64,000 bases of DNA. Origin: Stegostoma tigrinum (lineage: Eukaryota). The stretch's first letter is position 1; the number at the start of each line of letters is the position of its first letter. This document shows, piece by piece, positions 12,762 through 26,583 of the stretch. The translations under genes and the position numbers were made by a program. The notes under the pieces are model-generated. The model saw only the letters and a program-made list of their open reading frames with translations, was not told the DNA's origin and ran no database searches. Location: the NCBI RefSeq assembly GCF_030684315.1, contig NC_081388.1:21993015-22057014 (forward strand). The letters are read 5' to 3'.

Positions 12762-15049
12762 AAAGTGACTGAATCAGCATGTTGCACTACAGGATTTCTA
12801 TCTTTGGCATCCACTTAGGCATTGTTTGCAGATAACTAATTACAGGGTGCAGATTCAAGTAACTGGATGTTAGTTTCACGGATTGATTTCAACCACTTCT
12901 TAAACTCAAGAAGCTAGCAACACAGCTCGAAACCCATCTGAAAAATCTGCACATTAACTTTTTCTAAATGATATAACCCCAGCTTTCCACACTGTTTTAG
13001 TTGGTAAAGGTTATATTCAATGTGAAATTTAGCAAAAAAGACCAGTTTGCTCCAGGCTTTGTCTCTGCTCTTAGCAGGAGTTGGAATTAAGACACTAAAA
13101 CTTGTCTCAATTCTCTAGGAATAAAAGACATCCAGCACTTCCATTTGCTAGAAAGTGTAAATGTTGAATAAGAACGTGGAATTCACAAATAAAATGACAA
13201 TGAAACAACAAGTATGTATCATTACAAAGGAAATCTGGCAACAACTTTCAGAACATGCATTCAATAAGTTGCACACAGAGATCCAGAGCTGCTGTCCGAG
13301 AAATTGTCCCTCACAATGTGCAGTTGCAAGTCTTGCTGACAGATTGGGCACTGAAGAAACGTGTAATGAGACATGCTTGAAAAATTCCATCTACAGTTCA
13401 AAAAAATAAACAAGGAAGTAGTTTTGTGTTTCTCATAATGAAGGGTGACATTTTTAAAATCTCCTCACAATACACTTAAACTATAACTCAAGCAATAAGG
13501 ACAGAAATATCATGCAAAGCAAATGGACCAGCAACGACATTGATATATTTGCTTGGAATTACTCTCATTCCACAAAACATTCTTGTGATGTGTGCCCCAA
13601 TTTTCTTTTTTGCTACACTTCCAGCAACATTATGGAATGAGAAAATATCAAGCTAAAGAAGAACAATATCCTGCTGAAGAGCATTTGCTTATAACTTGAT
13701 GATAGGTTCCTTTAGGGAAGGTGCAATTACTGGACTCTCCGAGATGACCAACAGCTTGGTTGGTATTCAGGTCCTCAAAACAATTAGTCGGACAGTATCT
13801 CTTTCATGCTAATGCTTTTTTCAAAAGCAACACAGAAGCGAACTTTCATAATGCATGAAAAATAACAGACATTCTTTTCCTACTTGATTTTTTTGACCAG
13901 AGAAGAGAATCATTTGCAGAAGTCAACAATAATTAATGGTGAACAACAAAAATGTTGAAAAAGGTGGTGGTGAGCCACCTCTTGAACCACTGCATGTGGT
14001 ATAGGTACACCCACAATGCTGCCAGAAATATTCAGGATTTTGATCCAGTAACAGCAAAGGAACAGCAATATAGCTCCCAAGATAGGATGGTATTTGACTT
14101 GGAGACCTTGGAAGTGATGATGTTTCCATGCACCTGCTGTTTGTTTGTCCTTCTAAGTAATAGGTGCCACAGGTTTTGAAGATGTTGGCAAAGGATGTTT
14201 GGTGAATTGAACTAGTTCACAATTTATCCCAGACAAATATTTATAGAAATTTCACTGCAGAAGGAGCATTTGTTTTATTTCATAGCTATCTTGCACTAAT
14301 TCATTTTTTCTGCTCCTTCTCATTATAATGTTGCTTAACAAAATTTAGAATCTTATCATTTTCACATCAGTCCTGTTGACAACAATGTGGATTCCTCTTC
14401 CATCTGAGAGAGAGGTTGGCTTCAGGCTTCATTTATATAGAATCTAGTCTATAAGTCGAGATTGGACAAAATGGATGATGGTAGGCAGGGGATCACTAAG
14501 AGATTAAATTGCAGCTGAGTTCTTATTATCTACTGATTAATTGCAATCTGTGCATGAAACAAATCTCCATTTTAGCAGTCTCATAATCTGTTCCTTAAAA
14601 TAAAAATTGATCTGCTGTTATGTTGGTTTGGGTCCAAGGCACTTAGAGATTTTTTACCTGATGAAATGCCTTTAATTATGTTCAGAAGCAAAAAAAAGTT
14701 CACGCACCTATATGCTGAATGAGACAAAAATATTTTCATCCTTGAATGGGTCACCACAAGCATTATTTTCAATGGTGTGAATATTAAAATTTTATATTAA
14801 TAAATGTCTATGGTCTAACATTTAGAATGCAGGTAAATATGAGAAACTGGAGGAGGCAAGCAATTCAAGTTATAAACAAAGGCATTAAATGGAACGTTAG
14901 CTAGAAAAAGGCGAACAAGATGCCCTGACAAATGTTGGATGTGTACCTTGCCCTTAAGAATGCTCACCTTTAAAAGAACTCCATGTACTGTGTGTATTGT
15001 GACTTTGCCCAGTAGTTTGTCATCATGGTGTATGTGCTGCTGGCAGACT

Positions 15050-15254
15050 AAGTGTGAAGCTGGATGAACACAGCAGGCCAAGCAGCATCTTAGGAGCACA
15101 AAAGCTGACGTTTTGGGCCTAGACCCTGGCGTAGGGTCTAGACCTGAAACGTCAGCTTTTGTGCTCCTAAGATGCTGCTTGGCCTGCTGTGTTCATCCAG
15201 CTCCACACTTTGTCATTGCAGATTCTCCAGCATCTGCAGTTCCCATTATCTCTG
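15050..15254. mobile_element. Short fold-back PLE derivative
   Basis: Near-perfect inverted arms around ctagaccct-ggcgt-agggtctag. The right arm carries an extra tail of about 40 nt. Confidence 0.88.
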
Positions 15255-15290
15255 AGCACATACACCAGTTGGTTTATTGCACAACTGTCG

Positions 15291-15954
15291 GACAATAGAC
15301 AATAGACAACAGGTGCTGGAGTAGGCCATTCGGCCCTTCGAGCCAGCACCACCATTCATTATGATCATGGCTGATCATCCACAATCAGTATCCTGTTCCG
15401 GCCTTATCCCCATAACCCTTGATTCCACTATCTTTAAGAGCTCTATCCATCTCTTTCTTGAAAGTATCCAGAGAGTTGTCCTCCATTGCCTTCTGGGGCA
15501 GAGCATTCCATATATCCACCACTCTCTGGGTGAAGACGTTTCTCCTCAACTCTGTTCTAAATGGCCTACCCTTTATTTTTAAACTGTGTCCTCTGGTTCT
15601 GGACTCACCCATCAACGGAAACATGCTTCCTGCCTCCAGAGTGTCCAATCCCTTAATAATCTTATACGCCTCAATCAGATCCCCTCTCATCCTTCTAAAC
15701 TCAAGTGTATACAAGCCCAGTCGCTCCAATCTTTCAACATATGATAGTCCCCCCATTCCGGGAATTGACCTCATGAACCTATGCTGCACTCCCTCAATAG
15801 CAAGAGTGTCCTTCCTCAAATTTGGAGACCAAAACTGCACACAATGCTCCAGGTGCAGTCTCACCAGGGCCCTGTACAGCTGCAGAAGGACCTCTTTGCT
15901 CCGATACTCAATTCCTCTTGTTATGAAGGCCAGCATGCCATTAGCTTTCTTCAC
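15291..15954 (-). mobile_element. CR1 3'-end fragment, young subfamily, copy 2
   Basis: ORF 15385-15954 is the CR1 ORF2 C-terminus, followed by a (CTATTGT)n tail. Confidence 0.94.
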
Positions 15955-16081
15955 TATATATATATATCATGGCATTGTTAAAGAAAACTTCTGTTTCAAA
16001 GTGTTTGAAAATATAGCCTAGAAATAACAACAAACATGGAAAAGACTGCAAAGAACTTTTAGAAAATGAAAATAAGATTCA

Positions 16082-16201
<120 letters not shown>

Positions 16202-17494
16202 TTAATTCCTGTCAAACAATTTGATCACTACACAATTATCATTACCATAACAAATACCTTCAGTATTCAATCACCTTTACAAAGTTTACTTTAAGAGTGA
16301 GGTAGCAGCAAAGTTTCTTTAGATAATCCAAGTGCCAACTGCTGAACAGATAATGAACTAACTTTCAATCACTTTTATTCTTTTTAGTTGTCTCATGTCT
16401 AGAAAACACATCCCAAGGACTGCTGAAGGAGAGTTTGGCATTCCAAAATTTAATCAAGTAGCAGGTTTTACGGCCATCAGATTTCCTGCCCTGTTTTTTA
16501 GAGTGGGAGAGAATGGTGACACAGTGATGTAATGTATGTCCAGTGGCAGCACACTGCAATGCAGAGTATTGCAAGTTCAGGATGCTCAATTGCAGTGAGT
16601 TGCAAGTCTCATTCGTGTTTTCATTAATAGCATATTGACAGGATCAAGTACGTACTTACAGGGATAGAAGTAAAAAATCTGAAGGTGTTGAAGGTTATGG
16701 ATCCACCAAGATAGCTGAAAACCTCTTTCCAATACATAAACTGTTAGTGTTCATTTGGTTTAGCTTAATTGGTAGCATTCTTCCTCAAGATGCATTTTCA
16801 AGTCTGACTCGAGGGTTTAAGCAAGCGACCTTTATAAACACTCAAATGTAATACAAGAAACACTGTCAAATTGTTACTGATTCAGGATTGATGCTAAAGA
16901 TCCCAGTGCACAACTGAAAAAATGATGAGATTTCATTTTTTGGCCAATGCTTTCTCTCAAATCAACATAAAGAGGAAACAGATTAACTGCTTCTTCGAAA
17001 CACAGTTTTTAGGATGATGCTGCAAGCATAATTGCTGGTGAGTTTGCCTATAAAACATTACTTACATTTAAGTATTATGATTTATGTAATCTTGGAAACA
17101 ACTGATAAGCTGTTATGTAAATATAGGCCCACATTTTCTTTATGTTGCTTTAAACAAAAATAGGTTACCTTCACAGTGAATGACCTAGATGCATTGCTAA
17201 GTATATGCTGAATCAACAATAATACACAACTCATTTGTCAAGATCATGATCTGATCTTAGGAGGTGTGTATTCTTTTGTAAAACAGGCTGAAGTAACTCC
17301 ACAAAGGCCAACATCCCATCACCAAGTCACCCTTTAAATACATTTGCATAGTACATGACACTGGCCCAGATAGCTCAGAGACAGGTCCTAGAGTGAACAA
17401 AACCCCTGACACTTCTGTCAGCCAGAGCTGCCTGATTTGACCAGATTAACAGCCCCAATCAGGGAACTCTTATTTTATGGCTCTTAGACTCATT

Positions 17495-17726
17495 AAGAAG
17501 CAAACTGCAGATGGTGTAAATCAGGAACAAAAACATAAGTTGCTGGAAGAGCTCAGCAGATCTGGCAGCATCTGTGAAGAAAAAAAAATCACAGGTAACA
17601 TTTCGCATCTGGGTCCAGTTCTGAGGAAGGGTCACTGGATCTGAAACATTAACGGTGATTTTTTTTTCTTCACTGATGCTGCCAGGCCTACTAAACCTTT
17701 CCAGCAACTTCTGTTTTTGTTCCTGA
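17495..17726. mobile_element. Short fold-back PLE derivative (second family), inserted in the Gypsy LTR
   Basis: Inverted arms tcaggaacaaaaac..agttgctgga... and ...tccagcaacttctgtttttgttcctga, with the central motif ctgaggaagggtcactggatctgaaac. Confidence 0.8.
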
Positions 17727-17813
17727 CATAGGCTTATTCTTTTTCCTTTACCTTCTCCTACAGTGTTCACAAGGTTACACCTTTCATGTGGTCCACATGC
17801 TTGTTCAGATCCA

Positions 17814-17927
17814 CTTCTCCCATGTGAATTTAGTATGTCAGAGGACCTGACCTTGCATCGACGATTCCTCCTTCTCCCATCTGAATTTAGTATGTCAGAG
17901 GACCTGACCTTGCATCGACGATTCCTC
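17814..17927. repeat. 57-bp tandem duplication (1 mismatch) near the 3' end of Gypsy pol
   Basis: cttctcccat[g/c]tgaatttagtatgtcagaggacctgaccttgcatcgacgattcctc, two copies. Confidence 0.95.
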
Positions 17928-20900
17928 TAACTCATGCAGGGCCATTCCTGTGGTTTTGATACCAAACTTCATCCCCTGAAATAAACTCCCCCTCACCCTT
18001 AAAAGGAGTTTTGTGTCCAGTGGCATTCCTGATGCCATTCACCCTCCCCACTAGGTCTGGGAATATCAGCTTTAATCTGGTGCAGAGTCTTCTCACCATC
18101 AGCAACGCTGCTGGAGCTGCTCCTGTAGTTGTGCCACAGGTGGTCCTACAATCAAACAGGAACCAGGACAGTTTGGTATTGAGTGAAGCTGCAGGCTGTT
18201 TCTTTAAGTCTGCTTCAAAGTTTGAGATGCTCTTCCCACCAGACCATTGGACAATGGACAGTATGGAGCTGTCCTTACATGCTGAATTCCATTTCAACTT
18301 TCAGAAATACTCTAATTTCTTGCTGGTAAATGGTGGACTGGGGTCCATGACCAACACCTCCATGAGTCTGTGTATTGCGAAAAATGCTCACAGCTTTCCT
18401 ATCATTTTCATGCTTGAGAAATGAACCCTCTGCGTGTCCAAAGACTGTGAATGAGCATCCTCAATGACTAAGAACTTGGCGTCCATAAAAGGATCGGCAT
18501 AGTTACATGTGACCAAGTCCAGTGCTTACCCAGACACTCTCAAGAATGTGGGGTGAGGCTGGGATGATTTTTGTCCATGATGGCACTCTGGGCACTGTCC
18601 CACCAGCGTTATGTTGGCATCTAGACATAACTTCTATCATCTTCCTTCTGGAACTCTGTGGATGACCTGGGAGGAGTTCAGCCAGTTTTTAGCAGTGGCT
18701 TTTGGTCGAGACAATCACTCCTGCTTTCCGTAATAATATACCATCCTCTATGCTGATCTGGTCTCGCTGGGTCTAGGAAGGTTTCAATTCTGGTTGTGAT
18801 GGTCCTTTTCTTACCACCACCATCACAAGCTGTTTTAGTTTTGCCAGGATGGGATTTTTTTGTTTCCACAGTCCGATTCTGGACACCCTTCCGGTCACGG
18901 CTGACAGTAAGTTTAAAAGCAGAATGAACTCTTCTAGTGGCAGCTTCACCAATGGTGTATTTACCAGTGGGAGGTGGCTCAAGGCATCCACATTTGCCAC
19001 ATGGCCTCCCAGAGAGTATTCCAACAAGTAAATATATGCACTCAGAATAAAAGTGCACTGTTGAATTTGACCTGAAGTTATGGGCAGCTTGGCCCTGACT
19101 GCTTTAACTAGCCCTAGCAGGGTTTGTAGTCCATTCCTATTACAAAAATATGTCCATAAAAAGGTATTGGTGGAACTTTCTGACTCCACAGATGACTGCC
19201 AAACCTTCCCTCTCTGTCTGGGCATATTTTCATTCAGCATTAGCCAAAGTCCTGGAAATATACACTATCAGGTGTTACTTGCAAAAGTTACTCTCCGCCA
19301 GGCCACCAGTGAGCCACCACTACCCCAATATCATATGCAGAGGCATTGCATGTCAGCATCACATCTTGCTTGGGATTGTAGTGTGCCAACACTTTAGATA
19401 ATGATAGCTGTTTCTTCTCTTCCGTAAAGGCCACCATTTTCATGGCTTACCCTTTTTCAGTAGCAGATGTGAGGGTACCAGGATGGAGACCAGGTTACGT
19501 ATGAATTTTCCATAATAATTCACCAACCAAAGAAAAGACCTAAACTCTGGTACTGACATGGGAGCCAGGGTACCTTTGATCACCCTCACTTTACCTTCCT
19601 TGTCAACTCTGCAACCCGAGGATTTCACTTGGGTGCCTGGAACACACATTTGTCCCTCCTAAGGCATGCATCCACCTTGGAGAAATGTTCAAGAACCATG
19701 TCCAAGTTTTCTTAATTCATCTTCCAGGTTATTAGCACATCAACCACATAAATGACGACTTGGGGTAGACTTGTAAAATGTTCTCCATCATCTGCTGGAA
19801 AATAGCACAGGGTAATGATACCCCAAAAGGCAGTCTCATATATTGGTACAAACCCTTATGGATATTAACTGTAGCATGAAATTAGATTAATCCTCATTTT
19901 ATGGTAATTGCAGGTACGGATGACTCGTCCAGCTTTGTGAAGGCCAGCCACCCGCTGGTTTTGCATCTAAGTCATCTATGCGAGGGATTGGATATTTATC
20001 AAGCTGCGAAAAGCAGTTTAACATTTGTTTGAAGTTCCCCACAAAGGCAAACTGACCCGTTGGGCTTCACAACCAGTGCTGCTCATTCTGCAAACTGTAC
20101 TGGTTTGATCATTCTTGCACTTTCCAGTTTCCTGATTTCTGGCTCTACTTTTGCATGTAAGACAAATAGGACCCAAGCGGGCCTTACAGAACCATAGAAT
20201 TGCTTCTTGGTTAACATTAAGAGCGTTGATTGTGGCTAGACCTTCCTGAAAAACATCCAGGTATTTACTTAGGGGCTTCACTCAAGTAGCTATTTTCCAA
20301 TCAAAAGAAATTCAGCCAATCAAGTTGAATCTTTCTCAACCAATTTTGTTCGAACTTGTTTGGGCCCAAGCCTTTTACTACAATTAGTGGTAACTGAGCC
20401 AGCTGCTTCTCATAAGACACTGGAACCAAAGTTGTACCCATAATCTGTAGGGGTTCCTGGTATAAGCTCTTAGTCTAGCCAAGGTATTATGTAAATTATG
20501 GGGTCTATAGCAAATTTTGGTAAAGACTGGTCCCGCAATCACTGATACAACTGGCACCAGTATCAACTTCCATTAGAACTGGGTGACCATTTAACCAGAT
20601 ACTTATTTTAATTGGTTCTGATTTGGACGTTGTTAAGTAATTTGACTGTCCAAACCCCTTGTAGGCAGACTTCTAAGGTGTGCATGCTCCTGGACACTGG
20701 CTTATGAGTTCTCCTACTCAATTCAGGTCTAGTGACACTCTTTTGCTGTCTCGATTTTGCATACAAGCAGCAACTACTATGGTCTGCTGGCCTGGATCCT
20801 AAAGAGAGTTTTAGACATTTGGTCAAGGCTCGGCTTTGTTTTGGAGTTTTGCTGTGAGCTGATTTGCAGTCCCTCTGTTCAGATGTGTTGAGTATGGTTA

Positions 20901-21242
20901 CGCAACTACCTTCACTCTCAAGTGGTATTCCCCAAGCTCAATCAGACTGGTGCCAGTGTTCACTTCCATTGGAGTAGTCTGTAACTCGTGTTCCACTTGC
21001 TGCATTTTCTAGTAACAAAGCCAGTTATGATCCCTGTTTGAAGTCCAGTTAGGCTTCAGCTAGTAGGTGCTTTTGCATGATCACACCATTAAACCCACAC
21101 ATCATATGGTCTCTCATCATCTCACTTAGGGTTATACCAAAATCACATGCCTCTGCTAGCCATCTTAACCTCATCAAAAATCCCAAAACATATTTCCCTG
21201 GTTCTCAAACTGCTGAATAAAACAGATGGGATCTCAGTAAAT

Positions 21243-21425
21243 AAAAACCCAAAAGAATTGCGGATGCTGTAAATCAGGAACTAAAACAAAGTTGCTGGAA
21301 AAGCTCAGCAGGCCTGGCAGCATCTGTGAAGGAGAAAACAGTTAACACTTCAGGTTCGGTGACCCTTACTCAGAAATGGTTCACAGATGCTGCCAGACCT
21401 GCTGAGCTTTTTCAGCAACTTTGCT
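21243..21425. mobile_element. Short fold-back PLE derivative (second family), inserted in Gypsy gag
   Basis: Same arms as the 17.5 kb copy, flanked approximately by a duplicated ATCTCAG. Confidence 0.8.
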
Positions 21426-23994
21426 TGCTAGCATCTCAGAATCAGAGGAGACTTGAGGTCATAATATTCCTTAGCTAAATCCATTAACTCTTGAAATGGT
21501 TTAGTATCTGGTGCCTCAGGAAATGTCAGGCTCCTAATATCCAAAAAAAAAGCTGCAAGTCCACAAGCTGTTAGGCGAATTACTTATGCTCGATACAGAG
21601 TGATACTATTTGTTATCACATAGCCTGCCATTACACACTATCTATCGGTAATCACTAAGAGGCCGCATTAACAACTATTCACCCTCCTACCCAGATTGTT
21701 ATCAACTCCTTTGTCTATTCAACTGCTCTTCTCTCTCTTTGGGCTCTGTCCTATCATTCACTCCTTACCCCATGCCCCTCTCTATTTTGTGCATATAAAC
21801 CAACAGCTGTTTTCCCAGCTACCATTGGACCCAAAACACGAAGTCTGATTTTTTTCCTTCACAGAAGCTGCCAGACTGCCTGAATTTTTCCAGCAACTTC
21901 TGTTTATGTAGAAGAATTAATTGTTGGTTTCTGCCTGTCCCAATGTTATTTGCATGGAAAAATTAGCAGGTTTTTTCCACATACTGGACCCGGATTCTGA
22001 GTTAAGCTTCCCAAATAGTAGCATGATGCCAGAAATGCTTACCCTAACTCAAAGGCAACTGTTGAGAGAATCTCTTCAAATGCGCCATTTTCTCTTGTCA
22101 TCTCTGAAATAACTCCATGAAGGTCAGAATCTGTCACTAAGTCACCCTTTATTTCCACATACATAGTACATGACACTTACCCAGGTAGCTTACAGCTAGC
22201 TCCTACAGTGAACAGAATTCCTGACATTCCTGTTTATATCTGTCAGACAGAACTCCATAACTGGACGAGGTTAACAGTCCCAGCAAACTCTATGAAGTCC
22301 ACTAGGCTGACTTTGTTCCAATTACCATACAGCCTTTCTGTAACCTCCCTTAACCCTGTCCCCAGGCCTCTACCATTAAAAGTCATGAACTGGTGGTAAG
22401 GTGAGGAGTGTTGTTTCGGCATTTTTCATGCCAACCATGCCTCTAAACAATGCTTTCTAATATTAGATTGGTATCGGCTCAAATGAGGGAATCACAAGCA
22501 CGTGGATTCCTTGGAATCATTAGACTCACACACTAAAGAATCCTGATTTTCCAAATGGTTTCTAATTTTTCCCAAATATTCAGACATCGCTCTTGTCCAC
22601 TGTTAAAGAGAGTGGTTTTAGACAAAAACCTCAAATATTAACCACTTTAAGTAGAACATGTTAAATGCTGTGCTATCACTTCAGTAATACTATAGTGATA
22701 GATTTGCTTTATACATTCCTATTCCACAGTTGGTGGTGTCTTGAACTATTAAGGCCATATGCTGTGGAATTTTCATCCTAAACTTCTCAAAAATAATCTA
22801 CTGTCCTTAAAACACACTTCTTTGACCAAATCCAGACATTTCCATTGGTGATATTTGTCCATTTCTATTCCTATTGAAGCTCATGATCAAATCGCTTCAG
22901 GACCGTGTATAAACATGGGTTCTAAATGTTAAAAAGAGTGGAAATGTTCCCAAACCAAAAATGACCTATGCCGGGTTACTGTCCTATTTTGGCTGACTGG
23001 TACCTTAACCAAGCAGCATTCTTCTTGATGCATGGCTAAGGTAATGATGACTATGGATTACCATGTCATATTATTAGGGATAGCGAAAACAAAGAGAGAA
23101 TGATGAGGACGTCACTGCAGGTTGTGTTTCTGTTGTCATAACCACAAGTCCTAAGCACTATGGACATTTCTGATTGCAAGACACATTTTGGAATTACAAG
23201 AGTGCTGATGCAGCAAAAATGGCTGTAGATGTAACAAATGACATCTGGAGGGGGAAGAGATCCCTGAAACATCACATTCAAAATGTGCAAAAGAAACTCC
23301 AAATAACCTTTCAAAGGAGGAAAAAGGAAAGTCAATAAAGACTGGACTGTGATCTTATGGCCACACAGACATAACCTGCTAAGCAGAAAGCCACACCATG
23401 CAGATTATGTCCCAAACCGCAGATACATTTTGAAGAATGCACAAGGACAGATGTCAAAAACAGCTTCATCTCTACTGGATGGGTTATTGGGACTAAAAAG
23501 TGTGAACTAGCCTGGATTAGCACGCTGTGAAGGTCATACTTGAACCATCACACAGTAATCCATGGGTTGCAGATAAAGGGGACTCTCACTCTGAGCCAGC
23601 CAATTAGCAAGACAGACAAAATAGACTACAAAAAGGCTCTCTCACCCTACTTAATGGAATTCAGTCACAGTCGTAAGGAATCAGAAACACTCTCATACAA
23701 CCTGTGAAAATAAGAATTTTGAAATTCATTGTTGAACTACCTATATCACATGACCAGTAACCAGTTTTGCAATAGCTGCAACATTCAACTAGTAGCCCTT
23801 TGGGAACAATCCAGAGACTGGTCTGCATATCTGCTTTCTTTCACAAAGTGCTTTGATCATTTTGGACTCATCTCTTTCTAATCTGTTTGTTCCATTATGA
23901 ATTATTTTCAAATTCAGTCATTAATAAGCTCTCTTTGTTCACTCAAGAAAGCCTGGTTAAATTAGCTCATTTTAAAACATAAGAGTCTACGGTT

Positions 23995-24500
23995 CTAGTC
24001 ACCAAGCTACAGGAAGAATTTGAGAGGGCTCAGAAAAGATTTACCAGGATGTTGCTAGCACTGGAGAGTTTGAGTTGTAGGGAAATGATAGATAAGCTGG
24101 GACTTTTTCATTGTAATGTATGAAGTTGAGATATGACCTTATAGAGGTTTATAAGATCATGAGGGGCATCGATAACGTGAATAGCAAAGATCTTTTCCCT
24201 AGGGTGGGAGAGTTCAAAACTAGTGGGCTAATTTTTAAGGTGAGAGAAGAAAGATTTAAAAGGGTCTGGAGGGGCAACGTTTTCTCCCAGAGGGCGGTTC
24301 ATATGTGGAATGAACTGCCAGAGGAAGTAGAAGATGTAGGTACAATTACAACATTTAAAAGATATTTGGACAGTACATGAATAAGAAAGGTTTAGAAGGA
24401 TATGGGTCAATGCAAGCAAGTGGGACTAGGTTAGTTTAGGAAACTTGGTCAGCATGGGTGAGTTGGACCAAAGGGTTTGTTTCTGTGCTGTATGGCTATG
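23995..24500 (+). mobile_element. Old CR1 3' fragment
   Basis: DLIEVYKIMRGID...FSQRAVHMWNELPEEV plus a 3'UTR. Confidence 0.85.
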
Positions 24501-25454
24501 TGGATCCGGGAGAAAGGTATTGCCATCGAATCCATTTTTAAATGATGCTTGTTGCAATCGATCAAGGTGGTCAGTGAACAAAAGAAAGGGGGGTTAATTC
24601 AATCCACCCCTCACCCAAGTATCCCATCTGGAAACATTCCAAGTTATGTAACCTCGCCTGGGAACTGGGTATAATATTGTTCTTGTTGATATAAACTCCA
24701 GCTGAATGTCATCATATTCAGTAGCAAAGGAGAAAAATAATAGGTCGCTGATCAGGAATGGTTGTTCAGGAATGCATACTATTACGACAGGGGTTGGATA
24801 CAACAATGTTGAAGCTGTAACAAATTAAAAGAGCCACCACAGGAGTGCTGCTGAACTGATAAGCTTCAAACGTATCCTGTTGTCTCAGTCACCCCTCGCA
24901 GAGACCAAAGCCAAGCAGATATAATTTCCAGAACAGCCACTGCAATTAAAACAGTTCCACTGCACAAGTGAACAGTTTGATGTTTAAGCAGACTAAAAAT
25001 ATAATTTTCAGTCACAAGGAGGATCCCTCAAATTTCAGATTTTCTTCTGTTCATCAAGACAGGCTATTTTTTTTCTACTCAATACCTGCCCGAAGAATCT
25101 GCATTCTTACACGAGTTAGATCATCTTATCTGTAAAAACATGTGTAGCTTTGACTGGGTACAAATACCGTCTTGGTGCTTAGTGTTATACATTACGTTTT
25201 GAAAATGAACAAAGAATCATGCAATACTCAGCTTATTATTTTTACAGCTAGACATAAAAGACCTGCTGTTAAGCTGTTTCTCTTATATGCATAGTTACAC
25301 GCTGGGAAAAAAAATTCCCCTTGCCTTCCAAGTATACTTCAGTTTTCTGAGTCTTCATTCAGCATCCCAGAAAGAGGACACATTGAAACTATCAACAAAA
25401 AAGTTAAAACCTTACTTTCTAGTGGGAAATAAGAAGTTTCATCAAGAGGCGCTT

Positions 25455-25915
25455 AGATATCTGGAATGAACAAGGTGTTTTATGAGGATTGTTTGTACAG
25501 GCTGGGATTGTTTCCGCTTAAGTTTAGAAGAGCAAGGTATGACTTGATTGAAGTTTAAAAGATCCTGAACCGTCTTGACAAGGTGGATGTCGAAATGACG
25601 TTTCCTTTTGTGGTATCAGTCCAGAACAAGGGGACGATGTGTAAAAATTAGGGGAGCTCTTTTAGGAAAGACATGAGAATTTTTTTCTCCCAGAGGGGTG
25701 TGTAACTTTGAAACTCTAATTCAGAAGGTACTGGAGACAGATCATTGGCTATTTAAGCTAGATATGGATAGATTATTGTCAGGTAAGGAATCAAAGGTTA
25801 TCAGATATAGATGGGAATGTGGAATCTGAAACACAATCAGATCAGTTGTGATATTATTGAATGGTGGAGTAGGGTCAAGCGGCTGAATGTCTATTTCTGC
25901 TCCTATTTAGTATGC
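25455..25915 (+). mobile_element. Old CR1 3' fragment
   Basis: Degenerate 'gacttgattgaagtttaaaagatcctg' and the 3'UTR motif 'gaatggtggagtagggtcaagcggctgaatg'. Confidence 0.7.
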
Positions 25916-26583
25916 TCAGATGGAAGGTTTAAAATGATAAAAGGGAACTGATAGAACTGACCAAGATGAATTGCTCATTGTAGTCAAGAGTCCAAACACC
26001 AAGGGAAACTATTTAAAAATAATTAATAGGAGCAAGGAGAGATTGTTTCCATGAAAGTAACTAAATTTTAGCTTTATTGTATGATCACACCATTAAACCC
26101 ATGTATTGTAATTTGGTCTCCTTAAAAAGTTAAAAAGATCGCATTACATATTTTGCAAAACAAAATTCTTTTAGTGCTCTATTATTCATGTTTTTCATTT
26201 GATTATTTACTATTCATATTTTATTACATCATCCTATGACCCGTAGGATGCCAGCATATACTGCCCTTCACCAAATGCCCTTGAGAAGGTGACATTAAGC
26301 AGCTTTTTTGAACACAATTAGGTGGCCTGCATGGCCTTTTCAGAGATTAATGAAGAGTCAAGCTCATTACCTTCACCCACATGCAAGACTGAACGAGGTC
26401 AGCAGATTTTCTTCCACAAACAACCTCTGAATATTTTCTGGTGGCACAAAAATGTCATTACATTCATCAATAAAGCACCTCAAAACAATTCACTGCCTGT
26501 GAAGTGCTATGTAATGTTTAACAAGATTTTTTTTGTTTTTGAATCCATCTTTGTGTATTCTTGTTATTTTATACTGAATTACA

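Larger units (their letters stand above)
17289..22331 (-). mobile_element. Decayed full-structure Ty3/Gypsy LTR retrotransposon (gag-PR-RT-RH-IN) with two LTRs and nested PLE insertions
   Basis: Similar direct repeats start at 17289 (tgaagtaactcc...aagtcacccttta...catagtacatgacact) and 22105 (tgaaataactcc...aagtcacccttta...catagtacatgacact). Minus-strand remnants include gag start MLLFGKL (about 22025), RT 'HKGLYQYMRLPFG' (about 19850), 'FRSFLWLVNYYGKFI', RNase H end 'HVANVDALSHLP' and an integrase-like 'SWFLFDCRTT' segment. There are many stops and frameshifts. Confidence 0.85.

Noticed and set aside
15419-16021. Long ORFs antisense to CR1 copies (also 46785-47372, 27728-28243 and 58839-59231)
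   Set aside because: These are shadow frames of CR1 ORF2 that recur in each copy, with no independent protein features.
23527-24630. Possible solo LTR interrupted by CR1 (similar impressions at about 38.8-39.6, 54.1-54.6 and 61.3-61.8 kb)
   Set aside because: The texture is LTR-like, but I could not verify termini, TSDs or a second copy in the window. The 123-aa ORF at 39246 has no recognisable domain.
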